The notes beneath the pieces were generated by a model. The model was not told where the DNA came from and made no database searches. It saw nothing but the letters and a program-made list of their open reading frames with translations. Below are positions 26,313 to 36,475 of a stretch of 64,000 bases of DNA, piece by piece. Each line of letters begins with the position of its first letter. Position 1 is the stretch's first letter. A program made the position numbers and the translations under genes. This stretch comes from Gaiella sp. (GTDB lineage Bacteria; Actinomycetota; Thermoleophilia; Gaiellales; Gaiellaceae), in NCBI GenBank assembly GCA_036558885.1, contig DATBET010000059.1, forward strand, positions 782 to 64,781. Reading direction: 5' to 3'.

Positions 26313-27469
26313 GCGCGGGGCCCGCCCAGCTCGGCCTGCTCGAGGCGGCCCGGGCACGTGGCGACCTCGACGTGATCGCCGTCGACCGGGACCCCGCCGC
26401 GCCCGGCTTCCCGCTCGCGACCGAGCGCGCGGTGCTGTCGTCGGAGGACGAGGAGGCGATCGATCGGCTCGCCCGCGCACGCGGGGTCGACGGGATCGTC
26501 TCCCCCGGTGCCGACTGGCCGGTGGGTATCGCCGCCCGCGTCGCGGCGCGGCTCGCGTTGCCCCACCCGATCGACCGCGCCACCGGTGCGCTCGCGACCT
26601 CGAAAGCGCGCCAGCGCGAGGCGTTCGCCGCAGCCGGGGTCCCGCACGCCCGGGCGCTCGACCCTCGCGATCCGGGGCTTGCGTACCCGTGCGTCGTGAA
26701 GGCGCCCGATCGCCAGGGGCAGCGGGGACTGACGCTCGTGCAGGCAGCGGACGAGCTCGGACGCGCGCTCTCGGAGGCGCGCGCGGAGTCCCGCTCGGGC
26801 ACGGTGCTCGTGGAGGAGGTCGTCTCCGGCCCGGAGCTGACCGTCAACGCGTTCTCGGTCGACGGACGGTTCGTGCCCCTCACGGTGACCGATCGCCTCA
26901 CGGCCGAGCCGCCGGCTTTCGGCGTCGCGCTCGCGCATGTCTGGCCCTCGGCCTACGACACGGAGGCGGTCGTCGAGACGGCGCGCGCGGCCGTCGAGGC
27001 GCTCGGGATCCGCAGCGGCCCGACGTACACGCAGGTGCGCCTCGGCGCGGGCGGGCCGGTGGTGATGGAGGTCGCGGCGCGGCTCGGCGGCGGCCACGAC
27101 GCGGAGCTCTGCGAGGCGGCGACGGGCGTCGACCTGAACGGGCTCGCGATCGACGCCGCGCTCGGCGGGGCACGTCACGGACTGTTACGAGCCGCGGCCG
27201 TTCGCGAGGGAGGGGCGGCGATCGTGTTTCTCGTGCCGCCCGTGGGACGGCTCGTGTCGGTCGACGGAGCCGAGGAGGCGCGGGCGATGGCAGGCGTCCG
27301 CTGGGTGCGCGTCTACCGCCGGCCCGGGCACGTCCTCGGCCCGCTCCGCCGGGGCGCCGACCGCGCGGGCGCAGTCCTGGCGACGGGGCCGAGCAGGGAG
27401 GAGGCGCTGGAGCGGGCTCGCCGTGCGTCGGACGCCGTACGCTTCCGGGTCGATGCGGACGCGGCGTGA
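26270..27469 (+). CDS. ATP-grasp domain protein
   Basis: LLVLGAGPAQ, CVVKAPDRQGQRG, EEVVSGPE, MEVAARLGGG, DRAGAVLATG; similar to 12494-13702. Confidence 0.87.
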   Translation: MAGNPGARPRLLVLGAGPAQLGLLEAARARGDLDVIAVDRDPAAPGFPLATERAVLSSEDEEAIDRLARARGVDGIVSPGADWPVGIAARVAARLALPHPIDRATGALATSKARQREAFAAAGVPHARALDPRDPGLAYPCVVKAPDRQGQRGLTLVQAADELGRALSEARAESRSGTVLVEEVVSGPELTVNAFSVDGRFVPLTVTDRLTAEPPAFGVALAHVWPSAYDTEAVVETARAAVEALGIRSGPTYTQVRLGAGGPVVMEVAARLGGGHDAELCEAATGVDLNGLAIDAALGGARHGLLRAAAVREGGAAIVFLVPPVGRLVSVDGAEEARAMAGVRWVRVYRRPGHVLGPLRRGADRAGAVLATGPSREEALERARRASDAVRFRVDADAA

Positions 27470-28577
27470 CACCCGGCTCGGCTTCCAGCCTCCGGCGATC
27501 GGCGACGAGGAGATCGCCGCCGTCGCGGAGACGCTCCACTCGGGCTGGCTGACCACCGGCCCGCGCGCGGCCCTCCTCGAGGAGCGGCTCGCGGCGTACC
27601 TCGAGGTGCCGCACGTGCTGGCGGTGAGCTCCGGCACGAGCGCGATGCACCTCGCGCTCCTCGCCCTCGGCATCGGCCCCGGAGACGAGGTGGTCACCTC
27701 GCCGATCACGTGGCCCGCGACCGCGAACGTGATCGAGCACACGGGCGCGACTCCCGTGTTCTGCGACGTTCGGGCCGACGACCTGAACCTCGACTCGGCG
27801 CTCCTCCGTGGCGCGATCACCGAGCGCACGAAGGCGATCCTCCCCGTGCACCTCGCCGGCCAGCCCTGCGACCTCGACGCGATCCACGCGTTCGAGCTGC
27901 CCGTCGTCGAGGACGCGGCCCACGCGCTCGAGAGCGAGTACCGGGGGAGGAAGATCGGCGGGCTCTCGGACGCGACCTGCTTCTCGCTGTACGCGACCAA
28001 GAACGTCGCGGCGGGGGAAGGCGGGCTCGTCGCGACGCCGCGGGCCGACCTCGCGGAGGCGATTCGCGAGATGCGCCTCACGCGCCGCGGAGACGGCGCG
28101 CGCTACGACCAGCGGACGCCAGGGTTCAAGGCGAACCTCTCCGACGTGCACGCCGCGATCGCGCTCGCCCAGCTCGACAAGCTGGAGCTGCACGGCGCGG
28201 TCCGCGCGCGTCAGTTCGCGCTCTACGACGACGGCCTCGCCGGGCTCGACGGGATCGAGCCGCTCGCGCGCGACCCACGCGACACGCACGCCCTCCACCT
28301 CTACGTCGTGCGGATCGACCCCGAGCGGGCAGGCGCGACCCGCGACGAGTACCAACGCGCACTGGCGGAGGAGCAGATCTCGACGAGCATCCACTTCCTC
28401 CCCGTCCACCGGCTCACGTGGTTCCGCGAGCGGTACCCGGGACAGGCGGAGCTGCCGGTCGCCGAGCGGGCCGGCGAGGAGGTCCTGTCTCTGCCCCTCT
28501 CGCCAGCGCACTCGGACGAGGACATTTTCGACGCGATCGACGCCCTGTGCCGCGTGCACGCCATGTTCACGGCATGA
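27453..28577 (+). CDS. DegT/DnrJ/EryC1/StrS family aminotransferase (ArnB-like)
   Basis: SGWLTTGP, SSGTSAMHLAL, EDAAHA, FSLYATKNVAAGEGG, LSLPL. Confidence 0.92.
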   Translation: MRTRRDTRLGFQPPAIGDEEIAAVAETLHSGWLTTGPRAALLEERLAAYLEVPHVLAVSSGTSAMHLALLALGIGPGDEVVTSPITWPATANVIEHTGATPVFCDVRADDLNLDSALLRGAITERTKAILPVHLAGQPCDLDAIHAFELPVVEDAAHALESEYRGRKIGGLSDATCFSLYATKNVAAGEGGLVATPRADLAEAIREMRLTRRGDGARYDQRTPGFKANLSDVHAAIALAQLDKLELHGAVRARQFALYDDGLAGLDGIEPLARDPRDTHALHLYVVRIDPERAGATRDEYQRALAEEQISTSIHFLPVHRLTWFRERYPGQAELPVAERAGEEVLSLPLSPAHSDEDIFDAIDALCRVHAMFTA

Positions 28578-29548
28578 AGAAGCGCTCGTTGCGCATCGTG
28601 CTGACGCTGGTCTTCACGGGCCTGGCGCTCGGGTACCTCGTCTGGAAGATCGACGTCCACCAGACGATCGACATTCTCGGCAACACCGATCCTTGGTGGT
28701 TCCTGCTCTCGGTCGGGATCATGGTCGGCACGGCCCTGCCGATGGCGCTCCGCTGGCAGTGGCTGATGGAGGCGCAGCACATGCCCGACCGCTTCTGGTG
28801 GCTCACGAGGGCGTACTTCGTCGCGTACACGGCCGGACAGCTGCTGCCGACGTCGGTCGGCGGCGATGCAATGCGCGTCTACGAGACGTCGCGGCGACAC
28901 GGTGGCCGGACGGCCGACATCACGGCGATCGTCCTGCTCGAGCGGGGTCTCGGCGGCGCGGGGACGGTGCTGCTCGGCGCGATCGGCTTCGTCCTGGCGC
29001 TCGGTACGTACGACGTGGGGGCGTACCTCTGGCTCGAAGGGCTGTTCGTCCTGGGCACGGTCGTGCTCATGTTCCTCTTCTTCGCACGCTCGGCCAGGCC
29101 GCTCCTCGAGCGGACTCGGCCGCTGCTGCGGAAGCTGCGCGTCGAGCGGCCGATGCGCGCGTTCTACTCGGGCGTCCATCACTTCCGCGGGCACGTCCGC
29201 CTGCTCCTCGTCGTCTTCGTGTTCACGACGGTGATCCAGGCGGTGCGGATCCTCTCCATCTGGGCGGCCGGGAAGGCGGTCGGGATCGAGCTCGGACCTC
29301 GGATCTACTACGTGATGGGCCCGCTCTTCTTTCTCGTGCTGCTCGTCCCGTTCACGATCAACGGCTTCGCCGTGCGCGAGGCGTTCTTCGTGAGCTTCCT
29401 CGGGAGCGTCGGCGTCCCCGCCGACCAGGCCTTCGCGGCGGGGTTTCTGTTCTTCCTCGTCACCGCGACCCTGGCGCTCCCGGGTGCGGTGATCCTCCTC
29501 TGGGAAGGGCTGAGGGGCGGCTCGCGGGCCCGGCTCGAGCATGGCTGA
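28574..29548 (+). CDS. Lysylphosphatidylglycerol-synthase-TM (UPF0104/AglD2) family flippase-like protein
   Basis: ALRWQWL, QLLPTSVGGDAMR, LLERGLG, PFTINGFAVRE. Confidence 0.85.
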   Translation: MKKRSLRIVLTLVFTGLALGYLVWKIDVHQTIDILGNTDPWWFLLSVGIMVGTALPMALRWQWLMEAQHMPDRFWWLTRAYFVAYTAGQLLPTSVGGDAMRVYETSRRHGGRTADITAIVLLERGLGGAGTVLLGAIGFVLALGTYDVGAYLWLEGLFVLGTVVLMFLFFARSARPLLERTRPLLRKLRVERPMRAFYSGVHHFRGHVRLLLVVFVFTTVIQAVRILSIWAAGKAVGIELGPRIYYVMGPLFFLVLLVPFTINGFAVREAFFVSFLGSVGVPADQAFAAGFLFFLVTATLALPGAVILLWEGLRGGSRARLEHG

Positions 29549-30434
29549 CGGCGGCGCGCGCGCCGCATGCGTGGTCGTCACGTACGACGCGCTGCCGTGG
29601 ATCCAGCGGTGCCTGGCGAGCGTCTCCGGCGTCGAGACCGTCGTGGTCGACAACGGCTCGAGCGACGGGACGGTCGCCGCCGTCCGCGAGCGCTTCCCGG
29701 ACGTGCAGGTCGTCGAGAGTGAGAATCGCGGGCTCTGCGCGGGCTGGAACACCGGGATCCGCGCGACGGGCGCGGAGCACGTGCTCCTGCTCAACGCCGA
29801 CGCCTGGCTCCTCGAGGGCGCTCTTGCCGCCCTCGTCGCCGCCGCCGACCGCCGCCCGCGCTCCGCAGCCGTGGGGCCGCGGCTGCTCGACCCGGACGGG
29901 TCGCTTCAGCGCTCGGTCCGCGGCTATCCGACCGTGTGGCGCCTTGCGACCGAGTACCTCTATCTGCGCAAGCTCGCGCCCCGCTCCCGTGCGCTCAATG
30001 CGTTCTACGGCGCCGGCTTCGACCACGAGAGCGAGCGCGAGGTCGAGTGGCTGATGGGCGCGTGCCTGCTGATCCGCCGCGCTGCGTACGACGAGGTGGG
30101 GCCTTTCGACGAGCGGTACTTCATGTTCAGCGAGGAGGTCGACTGGATGCGCCGCGCGGCCGACCGCGGGTGGTCGGTCGTGTTCACGCCCGATGCCCGC
30201 TGCGTGCACGTCGGCGGCGCGGCGCACGGAGGGCGCCTGTTCCGCGAGAACGTGAGCGGGCACCTGCGCTACCTCTCGCTCCACGGGCAGCCGGGCGAGG
30301 CCGAGCGCGCGAGGCGCCTGCTCCGCGCCTCGCTCCTCGTCCGCGGACGTCTCTACCGCGGCGAGCGCGGGCGGCTGTACCGAGACGTCGCAGCCTGGCT
30401 CGGCACCGGCGACGCCGAGTCGCTCGTCTCCTGA
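29541..30434 (+). CDS. GT2 glycosyltransferase (WbbL-like rhamnosyltransferase family)
   Basis: VVDNGSSDGT, NRG..AGWN, LLLNAD, GACLLIRR, FDERYFMFSEEVD. Confidence 0.88.
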   Translation: MADGGARAACVVVTYDALPWIQRCLASVSGVETVVVDNGSSDGTVAAVRERFPDVQVVESENRGLCAGWNTGIRATGAEHVLLLNADAWLLEGALAALVAAADRRPRSAAVGPRLLDPDGSLQRSVRGYPTVWRLATEYLYLRKLAPRSRALNAFYGAGFDHESEREVEWLMGACLLIRRAAYDEVGPFDERYFMFSEEVDWMRRAADRGWSVVFTPDARCVHVGGAAHGGRLFRENVSGHLRYLSLHGQPGEAERARRLLRASLLVRGRLYRGERGRLYRDVAAWLGTGDAESLVS

Positions 30435-31312
30435 GGAGTGCCGGCCGCCCTCAGACGGCCGAGCGTGCCGCGCGCGGGGCTCGTCCACCGCCACGAGCGC
30501 GTGGCTCGCAGCGCTCTGAGCGCGGACTCGGCCATCACCAGCCGAACGCGCACGTGCTCGAGCTCCTCCTGCTCTGCCAGCCAGAGCGAGGCATCCGGGA
30601 CGCGACCGGCGCTCGCCGGCCAGTGGTGGTACGGGGAGTCGTGGTTGTCGAGCTCGGCCTCGAAAGGCTCGACGCCGGCAGCGCGGAGTGCATAGCGAAC
30701 CGAGAGCTGGTCTCGACGCGAGTAGCGGAGCACGTGGGCGAGCCAGAGCTCCATCGCGGCGACGACCCGTGGCTCGTGGTGGCGGCGGAGCAGCAGCCCG
30801 CTCCAGAGGGGGCGGAGCTCGAGGCATCCGGGATCGAGCTCCAGGTAGTGGGCGAGCTGCTCGTCGCACCGAGCCAACGTGTCGAGGCCCGCATCGACCA
30901 CTGCGCCGAACTCGTCGGCGACGGTGTCTCGGAAGTCGTGGGCCAGGGCGGCGAATCCGCGATCGGGCGGTAGGAGCTCGGCGAGCAGCACCTCGGGCGG
31001 GACCTTCAGCAGGACCGAGTTGTCGACGTACAGCGAGAGGTCGTAATCGGGCACGGTCGCGTGCGCCCGGATCTTGAGCGCACGCTGACTGCGCACCGGG
31101 TCCAGCGGAAAGAGCGGCTCGACCAACCGCACCGTCCACGTCTCGCTCTCGAGCGTCGGATCGTCGGTGATGCACAGGAAGTCGAGCGACGACTCGCGCG
31201 CGACGGCCTGCTCGGTGAGGCGCTCGTATCCGCCCAGGAGCGCGGTGAAGACGCACGCGCGTGCGCCGAGCTGCGTGTCCCGAGGCCCCCGCGAGGTCGT
31301 GTCGTCCGTCAT
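30353..31312 (-). CDS. DUF616-type glycosyltransferase-like protein
   Basis: VFTALLGGYE, FLCITD, SLYVDN, LLLRRH, SRRDQLS; C-terminal coiled coil plus TRSWRWTSPAR; overlaps the previous gene convergently. Confidence 0.75.
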   Translation of the reverse strand: MTDDTTSRGPRDTQLGARACVFTALLGGYERLTEQAVARESSLDFLCITDDPTLESETWTVRLVEPLFPLDPVRSQRALKIRAHATVPDYDLSLYVDNSVLLKVPPEVLLAELLPPDRGFAALAHDFRDTVADEFGAVVDAGLDTLARCDEQLAHYLELDPGCLELRPLWSGLLLRRHHEPRVVAAMELWLAHVLRYSRRDQLSVRYALRAAGVEPFEAELDNHDSPYHHWPASAGRVPDASLWLAEQEELEHVRVRLVMAESALRALRATRSWRWTSPARGTLGRLRAAGTPQETSDSASPVPSQAATSRYSRPRSPR

Positions 31313-31373
31313 TGCCGCCGGGCGCGAAGCCTATCCCGCCGCCCGGAAGGCCGCCGGGGTACCGTGCGGCCCC

Positions 31374-33323
31374 GTGGCCGACCTCGAGCTCCTGGCTCGC
31401 CTCGCGCTCGGGCTCGCGGTCGTGCTCGCCCCCGGCGCGGTCGTCGCGCGGGCGCTCGGCGTCCGGCGGCTGTCTGCCGCGCTTGCCTGGTCGCTCGCGA
31501 TCGTCTTCGCGGCGCTCGCCGTGACGTTCCTCGTCTCGGGCTCGCTCGACCTGACTCTCGTCCTCCTCCTCGCGGCGGGGGCCGCCGCGCTCCCCGTGGC
31601 GATTCGCCGCCGGCGCGCAGGGGAGGACACGTCAGAGACCGAAACGAGCGCTTTCGGGCGGGGTCGCTGGGCGGTGTTCGCGGCGGGCTCGGTGCTCGGC
31701 CTGCTCCTCTGGCACGTCGCGGGAAACGTCGGGGGGGACGGGTTCTTCCACCTCGGCCGGGTGCAGAAGCTCCTCGCGTTCGGCGATCTCTCGATCGGCG
31801 CGGTGAACGAGTTTCCCGACGGCGGGCTCCACCCGGGCTACGCGTTCCCGCTCTGGCACGGCGTGCTCGCGCTCGTCGCCAAAGTCTCGGGCGCCGACCC
31901 GGTCGATGTCGTCCTCCACGGGCCCACCATCCTCGCGCCGCTCGCGGCCGTGGTCGGCTACGAGGCGGGCTGGGCGCTGTTCCGGCGCGTCGTCCCCGCT
32001 GTCACCTCCGCGGCGGCGGGCGTCGCGCTCGTCGCGATGGCGCCCGCCCACGGCGGCGCCTTCACGGCGCTCGCGCTGCCGGCCACCGCGTCCAGGCAGC
32101 TGCTCCTGCCCGCCGCGCTCGCGCTCGCGGTCGAGGCGACACGGACGCCGACGCCGCCGCTCCTCGCCTCGACCGCGGCGGCGTCCCTCGCGCTCGCGGC
32201 CGTCCACCCGACGTACGCGCTCTTCCTCTGGATCCCCTTCGCGGGCTTCCTCGGCACCCGCTGGCTCTGGCGCCGTGAGGACGGGCGGGCGGGCCTCCTC
32301 GCGCTCGCCGCGCTCGTCGTCCCCGCGGCCGCGTTCTTCGCCTGGCTGCTCCCCGTCGTCGGCGACACCGCCTCGGTCGGCCCGGACCGGGCCGAGCGCG
32401 CGCGCGCGTTCGCGCAGTACGCGGGGCAGCTCTCGGGAGACCCGGACCGCTTCTCGATCGTCCCCGAGCTGTTCTCCCGGACCGGGGCGGTCGCGGTGGC
32501 GGGGCTGCTGCTCCTGCCGCTCGCGGGCCTCGCCGCTCGACGGCGCTGGGCGGCCTACGCGGTCGGCGGCGCGCTCGCGGTGATCGTCGTCTGCCTCGTC
32601 CCGTGGGTCTTCACGCCCTTCTCCGACGCGGTCTCGCTCTCCCAGTCGCGCCGCCTCGCCGGGTTCCTGCCGCTCGCGGTCGCGCTGGCCGGCGGGATCG
32701 GCGTGCTCGCGCGGCTGATCGGCCTCCTCGTCGCGCCCGTCGCCCTTGCGGCCGGGATCGCGCTCCAGCTGCTGTACCCCGGCGACTTCGGCTACACGCT
32801 GGAGACGGGCGGCCCCGCGCTCGCGACGTGGTTCGCCGCCGCCGGAGCGGTCGCGGCCCTCGTCGTCGGCTTCCGGCCCCGCGCGCCACTCGAGCGCAGC
32901 GCGGCGCTCGCCTCCGCGCTCCTGCTCCTGCCCACCTATGCCCACGGCCTCACGCACTGGACCCCGTCGGACGCCCGTCCGCCGAATCCCCTTTCGCCGG
33001 CGGTGATCGACGCTGTGCGCTCGCGGGTGCCGCCGGGCGCCGTGGTCTACGCCGACCCGGAGGCGAGCTACCGGCTAGGCGCGGTCGCGCCCGTCCGCAT
33101 CTGCGTCGCGCCGCCGGGGCACGTGGCGGACACCGTCGCGAACCGACCGCGCGCGCGGGTGGCGGAGTTCCGCCGCTTCGTGCAGACCGCCGACCTCGCG
33201 ATCCCGCGTGCCTGCGGGGCGACCTGGCTCCTCGTCGACCGCGAGCGTTTCCCGCAGCTCGCGCCGGACCTGCCGGTCGTAGAGAGCGACGCGCGTTGGA
33301 CGCTCTATCGGCTGTCGAGGTAG
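31374..33323 (+). CDS. Large multi-TM membrane protein, GT-C-like
   Basis: More than 13 TMs; loop GDGFFHLGRVQKL..HPGYAFPLWH; C-terminal soluble domain. Confidence 0.65.
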   Translation: MADLELLARLALGLAVVLAPGAVVARALGVRRLSAALAWSLAIVFAALAVTFLVSGSLDLTLVLLLAAGAAALPVAIRRRRAGEDTSETETSAFGRGRWAVFAAGSVLGLLLWHVAGNVGGDGFFHLGRVQKLLAFGDLSIGAVNEFPDGGLHPGYAFPLWHGVLALVAKVSGADPVDVVLHGPTILAPLAAVVGYEAGWALFRRVVPAVTSAAAGVALVAMAPAHGGAFTALALPATASRQLLLPAALALAVEATRTPTPPLLASTAAASLALAAVHPTYALFLWIPFAGFLGTRWLWRREDGRAGLLALAALVVPAAAFFAWLLPVVGDTASVGPDRAERARAFAQYAGQLSGDPDRFSIVPELFSRTGAVAVAGLLLLPLAGLAARRRWAAYAVGGALAVIVVCLVPWVFTPFSDAVSLSQSRRLAGFLPLAVALAGGIGVLARLIGLLVAPVALAAGIALQLLYPGDFGYTLETGGPALATWFAAAGAVAALVVGFRPRAPLERSAALASALLLLPTYAHGLTHWTPSDARPPNPLSPAVIDAVRSRVPPGAVVYADPEASYRLGAVAPVRICVAPPGHVADTVANRPRARVAEFRRFVQTADLAIPRACGATWLLVDRERFPQLAPDLPVVESDARWTLYRLSR

Positions 33324-33403
33324 ACAGTGGAACACCAGCCTTGTCTTGTATCCGCCGTTGACCGAGCGGATCCGCGTCGGGGAGTACGATCCCGCGCACG
33401 GCA

Positions 33404-35146
33404 ATGACAGTGCGGCGTCTCGTCTCATCGCATGCGAGCGCGCTCGTCGCGATCACGGCGCTGGGGCTCGCCTGCGCGATGGTCGTCTCCGACAGCGGCC
33501 CGAACCAGGCGGCGCACTTCGCGCTCGTTCGCTCGCTCGCGGCGGGCACGCCCGAGATCGACCCGCGGGAGACGATCGACTCCGCGTACGTCGACGGCCG
33601 CTTCTACGCGGCGAAGGCCCCCGGGCTGGCGATGTTCACGCTGCCCTGGTACGGGGCACTGCGGGCGGCCGGCCTCCAGCGCCAGTCGCTCGCGAGCGAC
33701 GCCGGGTACCGCCATCGGCTGTGGGAGCTGGGGCTCTTCGGCACCGTCCTGCCGCTCGTCGCGCTGCTGGTGCTGATGACGCTCGCGGCCGAGCGCGTCG
33801 GGCCGGGCTACGGGGCCGCCTCTGCGGTCCTCGTCGGCGCCGGGACGCTGCTGCTGCCGTTCGGGACGCTCTTCTTCGACCACGCCCTCTCCGCGGCGCT
33901 CGGGTTCGCGGCGTTCGTGGTGCTGCTCCGGGCCCGCGAGAGCGCACGCGGCATGCTGCCTCTCGCCGCCGCGGGGCTGCTCGCGGGCCTCGCGGTCGTC
34001 GTCGAGTTCCCGCTCGCGATCGTTGCGGGGGTGCTCGCCGCGTACGCCGCGGCGGGAGATCGTCGCCTCCTGCGCCTGCTCGCCTTCGGCGGCGGCGTGG
34101 TCGCCGGAGCGTTCCCGCTGCTGGCCTTCAACACGTGGGCGTTCGGCTCGCCGTTCACGCTGAGCTACACGCACGCGCTGAAGGCGCCGGTGGGGGAGGG
34201 CGCCGTCGTGGTCGGGGCGAACGCCGAGGGCTTCTTCGGGGTGGGGTGGCCCGATCCGCGTGCCGCGCTCTCCCTGCTCGTCTCGGAGAAGGGCCTGCTC
34301 GTCGTCACGCCGCTCGCGGTCGTCGCGCTGGTCGGGCTGCCGCTCCTCTGGCGGCTCGGGCGGCGTGCGGAGTCGCTCGTCTGCGGCGCCGTGCCCTTGC
34401 TGTTCCTGACCTACAACGCGGCCTATTACCTCCCGTTCGGCGGGCAGAGCCCCGGCCCGCGCTTCCTCGTCGCCGCCCTGCCGTTCCTCGTGATGCCGCT
34501 GGCCGCCGTGCTGCGCGCGCGGCCGCTCGTCGTCGCGGGGATCGGCCTCGTCTCGGTCGGGGTGATGGCGCTTGCGACGATCACCGGGCCGCTGACCGGC
34601 GTGGAGTACTCGATCGGCACGTGGCTCGGCCGGCTCGGACGGGGCGAGACCGTCGAGACCCTGGCCGGTTGGGTGGGTGTCCAGCCAGGCTGGGTCGCCG
34701 CAGTCCCGTTCGTCCTGCTCCTCGCGGTGGCGTGCCTCGCGGCGCTTTGGGACGTCCCGCTGACCGCCGACTGGCGGCGCGACCTTCCTCTGCTCGCCGG
34801 GGCGCTGGGCGCGTGGCTGCTCGTCGTCCTCGTCGCGCCGGGCCTGCACCCTGCCGACGAGGCACACCAGACGGGCGCGGGGACCCTCGCGGTGCTGTGC
34901 CTCCTCGCGGTCGTCGCGACCGCGCTGTCCCTCTCGGTGCGTTCGAGGCTCGCGCTGCTCGTGCTCGTCCCGGCCTTCGTGCTCCTGCTCCCGGAGCTCG
35001 ACGCGCGTCCGCGGGTGTCGCTGCTCGTCACCGCCGGCGCGCTGGGGATCGCGGTGCTGGCGTGGAGGCGCCTCGCTCGGGGAGGCATTCCGGTGCTGCC
35101 CCAGCCGGAGGTCGCGCCCGAGGCCGAAGCCATCGTTCCGCCCTAG
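33404..35146 (+). CDS. Multi-TM membrane protein, GT-C (PMT/ArnT)-like
   Basis: Loop DSAYVDGRFYAAKAPG; FFDHALSA; VVEFP; GPRFL motifs. Confidence 0.7.
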   Translation: MTVRRLVSSHASALVAITALGLACAMVVSDSGPNQAAHFALVRSLAAGTPEIDPRETIDSAYVDGRFYAAKAPGLAMFTLPWYGALRAAGLQRQSLASDAGYRHRLWELGLFGTVLPLVALLVLMTLAAERVGPGYGAASAVLVGAGTLLLPFGTLFFDHALSAALGFAAFVVLLRARESARGMLPLAAAGLLAGLAVVVEFPLAIVAGVLAAYAAAGDRRLLRLLAFGGGVVAGAFPLLAFNTWAFGSPFTLSYTHALKAPVGEGAVVVGANAEGFFGVGWPDPRAALSLLVSEKGLLVVTPLAVVALVGLPLLWRLGRRAESLVCGAVPLLFLTYNAAYYLPFGGQSPGPRFLVAALPFLVMPLAAVLRARPLVVAGIGLVSVGVMALATITGPLTGVEYSIGTWLGRLGRGETVETLAGWVGVQPGWVAAVPFVLLLAVACLAALWDVPLTADWRRDLPLLAGALGAWLLVVLVAPGLHPADEAHQTGAGTLAVLCLLAVVATALSLSVRSRLALLVLVPAFVLLLPELDARPRVSLLVTAGALGIAVLAWRRLARGGIPVLPQPEVAPEAEAIVPP

Positions 35147-35191
35147 CCCGGGCGACGGCCCGCGACCGCGTCGTCAGTACGATCGCGCCGC

Positions 35192-36445
35192 GTGAAGGTC
35201 CTCCTCGTCACCTTCTACTTCCCGCCCGCAGGAGGCGGGGGCGTGCAGAGGCCGCTCAAGCTCGCGCAGTACCTCCCGGCGATGGGCGTCGAGACGCACG
35301 TGCTCGCGCCCGACGACCCGCGCTGGCTCCACCGCGACGAGGCGCTGCGCGCCCCATCGCAGGCCTGGGTCCACCGCGCCCGCTACGTGGGCGTCTCGGG
35401 CGGGAAGCCGTCCGAGGTGCTCGCCGGGACTCAGGGGCTCGACCGGGTCGCGACGAAGGCGCGCCTCCAGCTGCGCCGGCTCGTGGTGCCGGACGAGAAC
35501 GCGACGTGGGCGCTCACCGCGATCCCGGCAGGAATCCGGATCGCGCGGCGGCACGGGATCGACGTCGTGCTCTCGACGTCACCACCGCCCTCGACGCACC
35601 TGGTCGGGGCGGCGATCGCGCGGGCGACCGGCGCCCGCTGGGTCGCGGACCTGCGCGACTCGCTCGTCGCGCACGCCCATCGGCGCGCCGACACCGCGGC
35701 GACACGCGCGAAGTCGTCGCTGCACACCCGCGTCGCCCGCCTCGTCGCGGCGCGCGCGGACGCGATCACCTGCGTGTCCGAGGCGATCTCGGACGAGACG
35801 CGGGCGCTAGGGCCACGGGGACCGGTCGTGACGATCGCGAACGGCTGCGACTTCGACGACGTCGCCGGCCTCGAGCGGCAGCCGTCCTCACGGTTCCGGC
35901 TGACCCACACGGGCAGCTTCTTCGGCCGACGCGACCCGCGGCCGTTCCTCCAGGCGCTGCACGACTCGGGGCTGGACGTCGTCGCCCGGTTCCTCGGCGA
36001 CTTCAGGCCGGCCGACCGCGAATGGGCCGAGACGCTCGGCCTCGGCGACCGGCTCGAGCTGCTCCCGTACGCGCCGCGCGCGGCCTCGCTGGCCCTCCAG
36101 CGCGATTCGGAGGCGCTCCTGCTCCTGATCCCGGAGGCGGACGGCCGGGGCCGCGGTGTCCTCTCGGGGAAGGTGTTCGAATACGTCGCCGTCGGGCGGC
36201 CGATCCTCGCGGTCGTCCCGCCGGGCGGCGCCGCGGCCGAACTGATTCGCGAGACCGGCGCCGGCGTCGTCGCGCCGCCCGACGATCCCGCAGCGATCCG
36301 TGAGGCGCTCGAGACCCTCCACGCGCGCTGGCGCGAGGACGGGCTACCCGACGTCGAGCTGAGCGAGGCCTGGCGCCGCCGCCTGTCGAGGCGGACGCGG
36401 GTGGAGGAGATGGCCGCTCTCCTCCACGACGTCGTCGGGGCGTGA
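35192..36445 (+). CDS. Glycosyltransferase family 4 (WbuB-like)
   Basis: TFYFPPAGGGGVQR, STSPPPS, WVADLRD, HTGSF, SGKVFEYVAVGRPILA. Confidence 0.9.
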   Translation: MKVLLVTFYFPPAGGGGVQRPLKLAQYLPAMGVETHVLAPDDPRWLHRDEALRAPSQAWVHRARYVGVSGGKPSEVLAGTQGLDRVATKARLQLRRLVVPDENATWALTAIPAGIRIARRHGIDVVLSTSPPPSTHLVGAAIARATGARWVADLRDSLVAHAHRRADTAATRAKSSLHTRVARLVAARADAITCVSEAISDETRALGPRGPVVTIANGCDFDDVAGLERQPSSRFRLTHTGSFFGRRDPRPFLQALHDSGLDVVARFLGDFRPADREWAETLGLGDRLELLPYAPRAASLALQRDSEALLLLIPEADGRGRGVLSGKVFEYVAVGRPILAVVPPGGAAAELIRETGAGVVAPPDDPAAIREALETLHARWREDGLPDVELSEAWRRRLSRRTRVEEMAALLHDVVGA

Positions 36446-36475
36446 TGCGGCCGCAGAGCGAGATACTCTCCCGCG

